A stretch of 26,132 nt of DNA from the IMG/VR virus record IMGVR_UViG_3300046779_000875, positions 1 to 26,132 of that record; one strand, given 5' to 3'. A program made the translations under genes and the position numbers. The notes below the pieces were generated by a model. The model saw nothing but the letters and a program-made list of their open reading frames with translations, ran no database searches and was not told the DNA's origin. This DNA is from a virus. Its lineage: Duplodnaviria > Caudoviricetes. Of the stretch, positions 1 to 7,830 are shown piece by piece. The stretch's first letter is position 1, and each line of letters starts with the position of its first letter.

Positions 1-95
1 ACGAGCATATCGCGTTTATGGAAGGAACTGGCCTTACGTTTGATTTTCTTGGCAAACTTCGCGCCGCCCTGCGCCAGATCGGGGGTGAGGTATGA
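1..95 (+). CDS. 3' end of a hypothetical protein (partial, starts before the window)
   Basis: Open frame from base 3 (EHIAFMEGTGLTFDFLGKLRAALRQIGGEV*); its TGA overlaps the next ATG (ATGA, 92-95). Confidence 0.6.
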   Translation, partial: EHIAFMEGTGLTFDFLGKLRAALRQIGGEV

Positions 96-424
96 CCGCG
101 CCGGAACTGAAACCCTGCCCATTTTGTGGGTTTAAGGCGGCTCTCTGCACGACAGACCGCAGTCATCCTGTGTATTGGGTCGAGTGCATTTCCTGCAACG
201 CAGACGCAACTCCAAGCACGGATAAAGAAGAAGCCATCTCCGCATGGAACACCCGCGCCGATACCGCCGCTGCAAAGCAGCAAGAAGCTGATTTCATCAG
301 CACATGGAACGCTGCGATCAGGGCGGCTGCGGCGGTCATCGAAGGCCAGACGACATATTGCTGTGGCGCAGAAGAGCAAATCCTCGCCCTGCTGAAGAAT
401 GAAAAACAAGGAGACACTGATTGA
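92..424 (+). CDS. Lar-family (restriction alleviation-like) zinc-ribbon protein
   Basis: N-terminal ELKPCPFCG, second CxxC (VECISC) and EAISAWNTRA, all typical of Lar-like phage proteins; GAGG SD upstream. Confidence 0.75.
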   Translation: MTAPELKPCPFCGFKAALCTTDRSHPVYWVECISCNADATPSTDKEEAISAWNTRADTAAAKQQEADFISTWNAAIRAAAAVIEGQTTYCCGAEEQILALLKNEKQGDTD

Positions 425-585
425 CGCCAGAATTAAAGAGGCTGCTTGAGGAACTTTTCCATATTTTACATATGAACAGCCTCTCTATGCACCAAAACCC
501 TATAACATGGACCCAACGAGATTATCTATTTAAGTTGCTTGAAGAGGTTCCTAACCTAAATGACACTACAAATATATCAACCTGA
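421..585 (+). CDS. Small hypothetical protein (54 aa, TTG start, not in ORF track)
   Basis: AGGAGA SD upstream; TTGA overlap with the previous stop; open frame LTPELKRLLEELFHIL...NIST*. Confidence 0.5.
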   Translation: MTPELKRLLEELFHILHMNSLSMHQNPITWTQRDYLFKLLEEVPNLNDTTNIST

Positions 586-697
586 AATTAGAGACGCTTT
601 AATTATCGTTGAGGCAGCGATAAAAGCTGTTGCAAAAGAGGTCGAAGTGGTCTATGTCTGCAGGAACCTAAACATTACAGTAAAGGTAAAGAAATGA
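560..697 (+). CDS. Small hypothetical protein (45 aa, not in ORF track)
   Basis: GAGG upstream; MTLQIYQPEIRDALIIVEAAIKAVAKEVEVVYVCRNLNITVKVKK*; ATGA overlap with thyX. Confidence 0.5.
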   Translation: MTLQIYQPEIRDALIIVEAAIKAVAKEVEVVYVCRNLNITVKVKK

Positions 698-1359
698 AAG
701 TAGAATACGTCAATCATATGGGTGATGACCTTGAAGTTGTCGATGCAGCACGGGTTAGTTTCGCCAAGACGAGTAAGTGGGAGTTTGACAGCACTGATCA
801 GTATTACTCTTTGAAATACGATGATGCGAAACTGATTGCTTATCTGGCTAAGCACGACCACTGGACGCCCTTTGCTCACACAGCAATCAAACTTCGAATG
901 CAAGCGCCTGTCCCGATCAGGACGCAGTGCTTCAAGCACAAGCAAGGTTTTGTGGAAAACGAAGAGTCTCGTCGTTATATCTCCGCAACTCCTGCGTTGT
1001 TTGTGCCTGATAATCTCCGCAGCGCACCCACTGGCGGTGCCAAGCAAGGGTCCAGCGGTGTGCATCCCGCCAGTGATTACTGGTTGGCGGACTACATTGA
1101 ATACGCCCATAACTGCATAGATCTTTACGAACGCATGATCGGTGATGGCGTCTGTCCCGAACAGGCCCGCTTCGTCCTTCCGCAGGGTTGCGAGGTCCAG
1201 TGGATTTGGACAGGTAATCTCTACAGCTATGCCAACTTTTATCTGAAACGGACTGACCCACATGCCCAGAAGGAAATCCAGGATTTGGCTAAGATGGTAG
1301 GTGAAATCATCCAGCCCCTGTTTCCTGTATCGTGGCAAGCCCTAACAAAAGGTGACTAA
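694..1359 (+). CDS. thyX: Flavin-dependent thymidylate synthase ThyX (Thy1)
   Basis: VVDAARVSF, HWTPFAH, ThyX-motif variant KHKQGFVENEESRRY, GVCPEQARFVLPQ, HAQKEIQ. Confidence 0.95.
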   Translation: MKVEYVNHMGDDLEVVDAARVSFAKTSKWEFDSTDQYYSLKYDDAKLIAYLAKHDHWTPFAHTAIKLRMQAPVPIRTQCFKHKQGFVENEESRRYISATPALFVPDNLRSAPTGGAKQGSSGVHPASDYWLADYIEYAHNCIDLYERMIGDGVCPEQARFVLPQGCEVQWIWTGNLYSYANFYLKRTDPHAQKEIQDLAKMVGEIIQPLFPVSWQALTKGD

Positions 1360-2975
1360 TGTCAGACTTGAACCATCAGCCCTGTCCACACGAAGATTGT
1401 GGTTCATCTGATGCTTTCTCTTGGTCAACCACAAAACACACAGGGATTTGCTTTTCTTGTGGCAAGTCATACCCCTCGAAGGGAATGAGTGTTTTTGGTT
1501 GGGCTAAAGACACGTATCCCCTCAAAGGGGAAATTAGGGCCAAAGACGAAGAAGAGGAAGTTTACACTATGCCCAAGGCCACATTGAAGGTTGTCAACGA
1601 TGGAGATGGCTCATATACCCCTCATCGTGGCGTTCTGAAGGGGACTATGGAGTTCTACGGGGTCAAGACCTATGACGATGATGGCGATCCTGTAAAGCAC
1701 GTCTACGTCTATCCTAATGGCTCCACTAAGACCCGTGTGTTTCCCAAGGACTTCCACACTGGAAGTGGGTTCAAGAGTGATCTGCTATTTGGGATGGACA
1801 AGTTCCCTGCTGGTAGTTCTAAGTCTGTGACTATCACAGAGGGTGAACTTGACGCTATGTCTGCTTACCAGATGCTTGGTAGTCAATATCCTGTAGTCAG
1901 CCTTCCCGGTGCTACCCCTGCAAAGAAACTGCTTGAGAACTGCAAGGATTGGCTTGGTTCTTTTGAACGCATCTATGTCAGTTTTGATGCAGATAAGAAA
2001 GCTGACAAGTTTGCCCTGTCCCTGATGCACTTGTTTCCAGGTCGTGTCTATGAGGTTCCACACGACAAATACAAAGACGCTAACGAGTTCCTGCAAGACG
2101 GCAAGTCTCAACTGTATAAGAACGCTTGGTATAATGCCAAGTTGTTTACTCCTGACAACATCTACTCTAGCGAAGATGCTTTCCTTAAGCTGCTTCACGA
2201 CACCCCAGAACACTCCTATGTTCCCACGGGTATCCAAGCCCTAGATGAGAAACTGTTGGGTCTTATGCGTGGTCACTTCACTGTGATTAAAGGGCCAACT
2301 GGTATTGGTAAATCTGAACTGATGCGGTATCTGGAAAACAACTTTATTCAGAACCACCCAACAGTAAAGTTTGCTACGTGGCATCTGGAAGAGACTAAAC
2401 TGCGTAGCCTGCTTGGTGTGGTTTCCTACTACCTTCACGATAATCTGACCCGCAAGGATTTGATTACTGAGAAAAACAAGATCGAAAAGGTTGAAGAGGC
2501 CATCAAGCAGATCAGCACTAACTCTGGCTATATGCAGTTTCACCTTCGTGAAGAAGATGGAGCAGACGAACTGATTGAGCAGATCAGGATTCTTACTCAA
2601 GTTTATGGTTGTGAGTTCATCTTGTTTGAACCCATTCAGGATGTGATCACTGTTGGTTCTGACGAGAGTAAAGAAGCGGCTCTTGCTGCTCTGGCTGTTC
2701 GTTTGTCTAAACTTGCTGCTGACCTGAACGTAGGTATCGTAACGATTGCCCACACAAACGAAATGGGTGAAGTTAAGTATTGTAAGATGATCGGCCAACG
2801 GGCTTCTGTCATCATTGACATTGATCGTGACAAAGAAAGCGATAATGCGCTTGACAGGAACACCACAAAGCTGATAATCAAGAAAAATCGACCGACAGGG
2901 CTTGAAGGCGAAGCTGGTGAACTGTTGTTCGACCCTGAATCGTTCACTTTGAAAGAGAAGACTGACGCATGGTAA
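1359..2975 (+). CDS. T7 gp4-like DNA primase-helicase
   Basis: N-terminal Zn-binding CPHEDC...CFSC; TOPRIM ITEGELDAMS and FDAD; Walker A GPTGIGKS; C-terminal KNRPTG of SF4 helicases. Confidence 0.93.
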   Translation: MSDLNHQPCPHEDCGSSDAFSWSTTKHTGICFSCGKSYPSKGMSVFGWAKDTYPLKGEIRAKDEEEEVYTMPKATLKVVNDGDGSYTPHRGVLKGTMEFYGVKTYDDDGDPVKHVYVYPNGSTKTRVFPKDFHTGSGFKSDLLFGMDKFPAGSSKSVTITEGELDAMSAYQMLGSQYPVVSLPGATPAKKLLENCKDWLGSFERIYVSFDADKKADKFALSLMHLFPGRVYEVPHDKYKDANEFLQDGKSQLYKNAWYNAKLFTPDNIYSSEDAFLKLLHDTPEHSYVPTGIQALDEKLLGLMRGHFTVIKGPTGIGKSELMRYLENNFIQNHPTVKFATWHLEETKLRSLLGVVSYYLHDNLTRKDLITEKNKIEKVEEAIKQISTNSGYMQFHLREEDGADELIEQIRILTQVYGCEFILFEPIQDVITVGSDESKEAALAALAVRLSKLAADLNVGIVTIAHTNEMGEVKYCKMIGQRASVIIDIDRDKESDNALDRNTTKLIIKKNRPTGLEGEAGELLFDPESFTLKEKTDAW

Positions 2976-3151
2976 AGACTTCAACTGACTGCTTTGATGA
3001 ATGGCTTGATGGGTATTCAACAGCCCTTAAGATGACCCGTAGGGAATACCTTTCCATCAAAGGAGCCTCTATGAAAAATATTGAGTGGGCTTTCTTTGCT
3101 GGTTTTACCGTTGGTAGCAAGCGGGCTTGTGATCTTTTTATCGGAGAATAA
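2969..3151 (+). CDS. Hypothetical protein
   Basis: 60-aa ORF tightly packed in the operon; WAFFAGF motif. Confidence 0.6.
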   Translation: MVKTSTDCFDEWLDGYSTALKMTRREYLSIKGASMKNIEWAFFAGFTVGSKRACDLFIGE

Positions 3152-3153
3152 AG

Positions 3154-3342
3154 ATGGATGGTTTTGCTGATTGGTTCTATCAGGCAGATGGAAGCGACAA
3201 GCCTCGCATGGTAAACTTCTTTGATGAGATGATGTCAGAACACATGATCTTGCTGGAAGGTGTTTTTCAGATTTGTTATAAAGCTGGCTATGAAGCTGGT
3301 TGGAATGACCGCGAACAAATCAATCAAGGGTTGGACTCCTAA
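3154..3342 (+). CDS. Hypothetical protein
   Basis: 62-aa ORF with GGAG SD, packed between neighbours; YKAGYEAGW motif common in small phage proteins. Confidence 0.65.
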   Translation: MDGFADWFYQADGSDKPRMVNFFDEMMSEHMILLEGVFQICYKAGYEAGWNDREQINQGLDS

Positions 3343-3344
3343 GA

Positions 3345-3797
3345 ATGAAATTTATCGTCTTCGACTCCGAAAGTGATGGCTTGGCCTACGAGGCAACTAA
3401 ACTGCATGTCTTTGCTTGGACAGAAGACGGTAAAGAAGTCCAAGTTACTCACGACTACGAAGATATGAAGAAGGTGTTGCTACAAGAAGACACTATGTTT
3501 GTTGGTCACAATGCCATCCGACATGATATGCCCTTGTTCAACAACCTTCTTGGGCTTGACCTCAAGTATACCAAGTTTGTCGATACCTTGGCTTTGTCGT
3601 GGTATCTCAACTTCAACCGTGATCGTCATGGCCTAGAGTTCTATGGCATCGAATATGGGGTGCCTAAGCCCAAGGTGGACGATTGGAAGAACCTGACGCC
3701 AGAGCAATACGCTCATCGTGTTACAGAAGACGTAAAGATTAACTGGCGTTTGTGGAAAGAACTAGAGAGAAAGCTGGGGTTGCTATATGGCTCTTAA
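3345..3797 (+). CDS. Family A DNA polymerase, 3'-5' exonuclease domain (separate ORF)
   Basis: Exo I FDSESDG, Exo II GHNAIRHD, DTLALS, Exo III YAHRVTEDV. Confidence 0.88.
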   Translation: MKFIVFDSESDGLAYEATKLHVFAWTEDGKEVQVTHDYEDMKKVLLQEDTMFVGHNAIRHDMPLFNNLLGLDLKYTKFVDTLALSWYLNFNRDRHGLEFYGIEYGVPKPKVDDWKNLTPEQYAHRVTEDVKINWRLWKELERKLGLLYGS

Positions 3798-5199
3798 TGA
3801 ACAAGCAATGCGCCTGATCCAATATCTTGGCTTCAAGTTCGATTGTGCGCGTGAGCAAGAGGTTAATCCGATCTTCGTTGATGTGGATTTTGTTAAGGGT
3901 AACTTTGAGAAACTGAGCGAGATGCAGGCTCAGAAGGTTGCAGAACTTTCTAATGTTATGCCCAAGAAGCCGATCTACAAACAATCCACCAAGCCTAAAA
4001 TCCTCTACAAGAAGGATGGCGATCTTAGCGCCAATGGTGAAAAGTGGTTTGAGTTGCTCAAGGAAATGAAGCTACCACCAAACACGGTTGGGCCTGTAAA
4101 CGTCCTGATAGGCTGGCAAGAAGGCAACCCTAACAGCCACGAACAAGTGAAGGATTGGCTTTTCTCTCTTGGTTGGAAGCCCAAGACCTTCAAATATGTC
4201 AAGGAAGATGATGGCACAGAGCGTTCCATTCCACAAATCAAGTCTGGGGATGAACTTTGTGAAAGTGTTGTGCAGTTGGCCGAAGAAGTTCCTGAAATCC
4301 AACTTCTTGTGGATATGGGGATCATTCAGCATCGTAAGGCGGTATTCAAATCTTTCCTTGATAACCAGAAAGATGGACGCATTACTGCAAGTATTGGTGG
4401 CCTAACTAACACCTTCCGCTTCCAGCATCGTAAGCCTATTGTGAACTTGCCTAAAGTCGATAAACCTTGGGGTAAGGAAATTCGTGGTTCTATTGTTGCC
4501 CCAGAGGGTCAGTTGCTTTGTGGCTCTGACATGGTTTCGCTAGAAGACACCACGAAGCGCCACTACATGAAGCCGTTTGATCCAGACTACGTTGAGGAAA
4601 TGTGCCAAGAAGGCTTTGACCCACATCTGGACCTCGCAGCATTCGCTGGTGCAGTGACGAGGAACGAAGTAGAGAAACACAAGAATGGCGAGATCAACCT
4701 CAAAGCCATCCGTAGTAAATACAAGGCTGCGAATTATAGCTGCGTATATGGTGTTGGTAAGGCCAAGTTGGCACGGACTATCGGTATTACCCCTAAAGAA
4801 GCTGAGAAACTGATTGAGGATTACTGGAAGCGTAACTTCTCTGTTAAGAAGGCTGTAGAGACTTTTGAGATCAAGGTGGTTGGACCTAATATGTGGGTTA
4901 AGAACCCTGTATCTGGTTTCTGGCATAACCTACGGTCTGAGAAAGATGCCTTCTCTACGGTCAACCAAAGCACAGGTGTCTTCGCTTTTGACACTTGGCT
5001 TTACTTTGTTCGTCAACAAGGTGTTGTGGTTAACTTCCAGATGCACGATGAAAAAGGTTCCTACCTGGAAATTGGACAAGAAGAGACCCACAAAAACAAG
5101 TTGTTGACAGCGATCAAGAAGACCAATGAGAAACTAAAACTCAATGTCGAATTGTCTGTAGACGTTCAATTCGGCAGCAACTACGCTCAAACCCACTGA
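3787..5199 (+). CDS. polA: Family A DNA polymerase, polymerase domain
   Basis: Motif A GSDMVSLE, motif B RSKYKAANYSCVYG, motif C QMHDE, C-terminal GSNYAQTH. Confidence 0.93.
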   Translation: MALNEQAMRLIQYLGFKFDCAREQEVNPIFVDVDFVKGNFEKLSEMQAQKVAELSNVMPKKPIYKQSTKPKILYKKDGDLSANGEKWFELLKEMKLPPNTVGPVNVLIGWQEGNPNSHEQVKDWLFSLGWKPKTFKYVKEDDGTERSIPQIKSGDELCESVVQLAEEVPEIQLLVDMGIIQHRKAVFKSFLDNQKDGRITASIGGLTNTFRFQHRKPIVNLPKVDKPWGKEIRGSIVAPEGQLLCGSDMVSLEDTTKRHYMKPFDPDYVEEMCQEGFDPHLDLAAFAGAVTRNEVEKHKNGEINLKAIRSKYKAANYSCVYGVGKAKLARTIGITPKEAEKLIEDYWKRNFSVKKAVETFEIKVVGPNMWVKNPVSGFWHNLRSEKDAFSTVNQSTGVFAFDTWLYFVRQQGVVVNFQMHDEKGSYLEIGQEETHKNKLLTAIKKTNEKLKLNVELSVDVQFGSNYAQTH

Positions 5200-5207
5200 G
5201 GCAGATC

Positions 5208-5270
5208 ATGGATATGACCATTGAAGAGTATTATCAATTTTATTGGCACTTTTTTGACAATTACTTGTAG
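5208..5270 (+). CDS. Possible 20-aa aromatic-rich peptide
   Basis: GAGG upstream; MDMTIEEYYQFYWHFFDNYL*. Confidence 0.3.
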   Translation: MDMTIEEYYQFYWHFFDNYL

Positions 5271-5310
5271 CAATGACTTGAAATAACCACTATATCTATT
5301 ACTTACAGTA
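5250..5310 (+). promoter_or_regulatory. Candidate promoter region upstream of SSB
   Basis: AT-rich stretch with TTGACA (5254-5259), TTGAAA (5278-5283) and TATATC/TATTAC; no perfect 17-bp sigma70 spacing found. Confidence 0.3.
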
Positions 5311-5319
5311 ACCCGACAA
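5310..5319 (+). promoter_or_regulatory. AACCCGACAA motif copy, just 5' of the SSB Shine-Dalgarno
   Basis: Identical 10-mer at 15953-15962 (-); 9-mer at 21667-21675 (-). Confidence 0.55.
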
Positions 5320-5330
5320 AGAGGAAGAAA

Positions 5331-5942
5331 ATGGCTTTTAATTCCAACAAAACGAAGTATGTCACGGTTGATGCTGAATTGGAATACGCTCAGGTGTTTC
5401 TTGAGAACCGTGATATGGGAAATGAGCAAGTCGATCACTCTGATACTGATGGGGTGTATAAAGTCACGCTGATCTTGGATGAAGATAACAAGAACAAGGC
5501 AATTGAAGCTGGATGCCCTGCCAAGCAAGGTGCATTTGAGCAGTTCAAGGCTTTTGAGCGTGATGGTAACACCCTTTACAAGTTCGTTGTTCGTCGCCCC
5601 CATATCCATCCGAAGTTCATGGTTATGGATGAGCAAGGCAATCCGACTGATGAACGTCTTATCCTTGGACCGCCGCAAACCTTCGATCTGAACAAAGCAC
5701 GTAAGGCTTGGGAAGAAGCTGGTGAGAAGGGTCGTCTGGATCAATACGCTATCCAATGGACCATTAATGATGGCCTGATTGGTAATGGCACTAAAGCCAA
5801 AGTCAAGCTGTCTATCGCCACGGGCGAAGGGAAGTTTGGTAAAGCGAAGGGTAAGAAGTTCACTAAGGTGCAGTTGATGGGTATTGGTATTACCAACCTT
5901 GTCGAATATGAAGGTGCTTCTTCTGGCACTGGCGGCTGGTAA
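5331..5942 (+). CDS. Putative single-stranded DNA-binding protein (T7 gp2.5-like)
   Basis: Position in the replication module, GAGGA SD, LIGNGTKAKVKL beta-strand motif, terminal aromatic residue (…GGW). Confidence 0.65.
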   Translation: MAFNSNKTKYVTVDAELEYAQVFLENRDMGNEQVDHSDTDGVYKVTLILDEDNKNKAIEAGCPAKQGAFEQFKAFERDGNTLYKFVVRRPHIHPKFMVMDEQGNPTDERLILGPPQTFDLNKARKAWEEAGEKGRLDQYAIQWTINDGLIGNGTKAKVKLSIATGEGKFGKAKGKKFTKVQLMGIGITNLVEYEGASSGTGGW

Positions 5943-5952
5943 TCATTAAACG

Positions 5953-6029
5953 CTGGGCGTGGTGAAATTGGTAGACACAGCAGACTTAAAATCTGTAAGT
6001 TGTGGGTTCGAGTCCCACCGCCCAGACCA
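5953..6029 (+). tRNA. tRNA-Leu(UAA), 77 nt, short variable loop, encoded CCA
   Basis: Acceptor CTGGGCG/CGCCCAG, D-arm GTG-AAATTGGTAGA-CAC, anticodon arm GCAGA-CTTAAAA-TCTGT, T-arm GTGGG-TTCGAGT-CCCAC, discriminator A then CCA. Confidence 0.92.
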
Positions 6030-6050
6030 CCAAAGAAATAAGGATTGATT

Positions 6051-6236
6051 ATGTATTACGAATTTCTTGCTAAAGACGTTGAATCGAACAAAGACACCTT
6101 GGTTTCTCAAGGTGAGATCGAGTATCTTGGTGATGTTCTAGAACTGTTCTTGTCTTTCCTGCATGGTTGTGGTTATTCCTACGTCAAGCAAGTTGTTGTT
6201 GTTAAAGATGATGGTAACGAGGTAGTGACCGGGTAA
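6051..6236 (+). CDS. Hypothetical protein
   Basis: AAGGA SD; start at TTG 6045 or ATG 6051; FLHGCGYSYV motif. Confidence 0.7.
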   Translation: MYYEFLAKDVESNKDTLVSQGEIEYLGDVLELFLSFLHGCGYSYVKQVVVVKDDGNEVVTG

Positions 6237-6237
6237 T

Positions 6238-6933
6238 ATGAAACTCCTTATTGACGGAGATACGCTTACCTATAGGGCAGCATTTAGTAACGATGGTCAA
6301 ACAGTCACTGGCGTCTGTGAGAAGCTGGATGAACTGATGAGCAACATCTTAAACGTCACTAACCCTTATGCCACTGAACACGACTACCAAGTGTTTCTGA
6401 CAGGGAAAGGTAATTTCAGGAACGATCTGACGGAGACTTATAAAGCCAATAGAAGCGGTAAAGAAAAGCCGATCCTGCTACCCCTCGCTAGGCAATACCT
6501 AATTGACAGTTACAATGCGACTGTCTCTGAGGGGGAAGAAGCAGATGACGCTATTGCAATTGAGGCTACTAGGCTTCACCCTAATTGCGTTATCGTCTCT
6601 GTTGACAAAGACTTTAGGCAGATTGCTGGAACTATCTATAATCCCGGCAAAGACACTTGGGAGACTGTCACAGAAGAAGCCGCAAGGCTCAACTTCTATG
6701 AACAAGTTCTGACAGGAGATAGGGTAGACAACATCATAGGGGTCCACAAGGTTGGTCCTAAGACAGCCCAGAAGATGTTAGCAAACTGCAAGACTGATGG
6801 GGAAATGTTCAAAGTCTGCGTTGCTGCTTATGAGGGTGATGTTGATAGAGTGATTATGAACGCAAGGCTGTTGTGGTTGCGTAGGTATGAGGGTGAATTG
6901 TGGGAACCGCCTTGTGATTATGAGAAAGACTAA
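6238..6933 (+). CDS. T7 gp6-like 5'-3' exonuclease
   Basis: LLIDGD, YKANR, EEADDAI, SVDKDFRQI, GDRVDNIIG, GPKTA (H3TH). Confidence 0.92.
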   Translation: MKLLIDGDTLTYRAAFSNDGQTVTGVCEKLDELMSNILNVTNPYATEHDYQVFLTGKGNFRNDLTETYKANRSGKEKPILLPLARQYLIDSYNATVSEGEEADDAIAIEATRLHPNCVIVSVDKDFRQIAGTIYNPGKDTWETVTEEAARLNFYEQVLTGDRVDNIIGVHKVGPKTAQKMLANCKTDGEMFKVCVAAYEGDVDRVIMNARLLWLRRYEGELWEPPCDYEKD

Positions 6934-7306
6934 AAAAGCGGCCTATCTTCGTGGTTATCGTTCTGGCCTAGAGGACAAGGTTGCCACAAAACTAACTGAG
7001 TCTGGTGTTAAGTTTGAGTATGAAACCACGAAGATCAAGTATCGCGTGGATGAAGAAAGAACCTATACACCAGACTTTATTTTTCCTAATGGCCTTATCG
7101 TGGAGACGAAAGGTAGGTTTACAGCACCAGACAGAAAAAAGCATCTGTTGATCAAGAAACAACACCCTGACAAAGATATTAGGTTTGTGTTTCAGAACTC
7201 AAGTAACAAGATCAATAAGGGTTCCAAGACTACCTACGCAGATTGGTGCATCAAGCACGGCTTTCTTTTTGCAGACAAGAATATCCCAGAGGATTGGTTG
7301 AAATGA
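6920..7306 (+). CDS. T7 gp3-like endonuclease I (Holliday junction resolvase)
   Basis: YRSGLE, YTPDF, IVETKGRF, DRKKHLLIK, DIRFVF, TTYADWC; start set at MRKTKK (6920). Confidence 0.93.
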   Translation: MRKTKKAAYLRGYRSGLEDKVATKLTESGVKFEYETTKIKYRVDEERTYTPDFIFPNGLIVETKGRFTAPDRKKHLLIKKQHPDKDIRFVFQNSSNKINKGSKTTYADWCIKHGFLFADKNIPEDWLK

Positions 7307-7548
7307 GCAAGATCGTTAATGTCATTCGTGGTCCAATTCACTCTAGCCAAATCCCTGATTGGGATGAGGTAGAGGATGGTTTCGGACTGCCTTATGGCGA
7401 AGGCTATGTCCTATTTGTGGTGCTACAAGATGATCGTGGTGTTCTATCAGACGAAGAATTGATCTTTGAATCGTTTGATGAGGCCATTGATATTGTAGAC
7501 CACTTTGTAAATCAAACTGTCCCCCTGTTCTGGGAAGACACCTTTTAA
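7303..7548 (+). CDS. Acidic hypothetical protein
   Basis: ATGA overlap with the endonuclease stop; MSKIVNVIRGP...; Asp/Glu-rich. Confidence 0.7.
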   Translation: MSKIVNVIRGPIHSSQIPDWDEVEDGFGLPYGEGYVLFVVLQDDRGVLSDEELIFESFDEAIDIVDHFVNQTVPLFWEDTF

Positions 7549-7557
7549 GGAAACAAC

Positions 7558-7830
7558 ATGTCTAAAGTTCCCTACACGGTAAATGTGGACGAATACATCT
7601 GCGATGCTCTTGAGCAAATTCGCACCATGACTAAGACGTTGGACTTTTCTGGGCTGTCAGCCACTGTAGAGCGCATCCAGCACCATGCGTCTAACATGGA
7701 ACGGGCTTTGTATACTTATGAAGACATCAAGTATAAGATCGTCAATCGTGTTGACAATGAAGACTTTGACGACAAGAAGTTTCGTGAGTTTGTTGCTGGA
7801 TTGGTAAAGAAGTGGAAATCCGTTGACTAA
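7558..7830 (+). CDS. Hypothetical protein
   Basis: TAAGGA SD; 90-aa ORF in the operon. Confidence 0.7.
   Translation: MSKVPYTVNVDEYICDALEQIRTMTKTLDFSGLSATVERIQHHASNMERALYTYEDIKYKIVNRVDNEDFDDKKFREFVAGLVKKWKSVD

Noticed and set aside
5953-6029. tRNA as an attachment site or prophage boundary
   Set aside because: Phage genes continue on both sides; no integrase or duplicated tRNA 3' end was seen.
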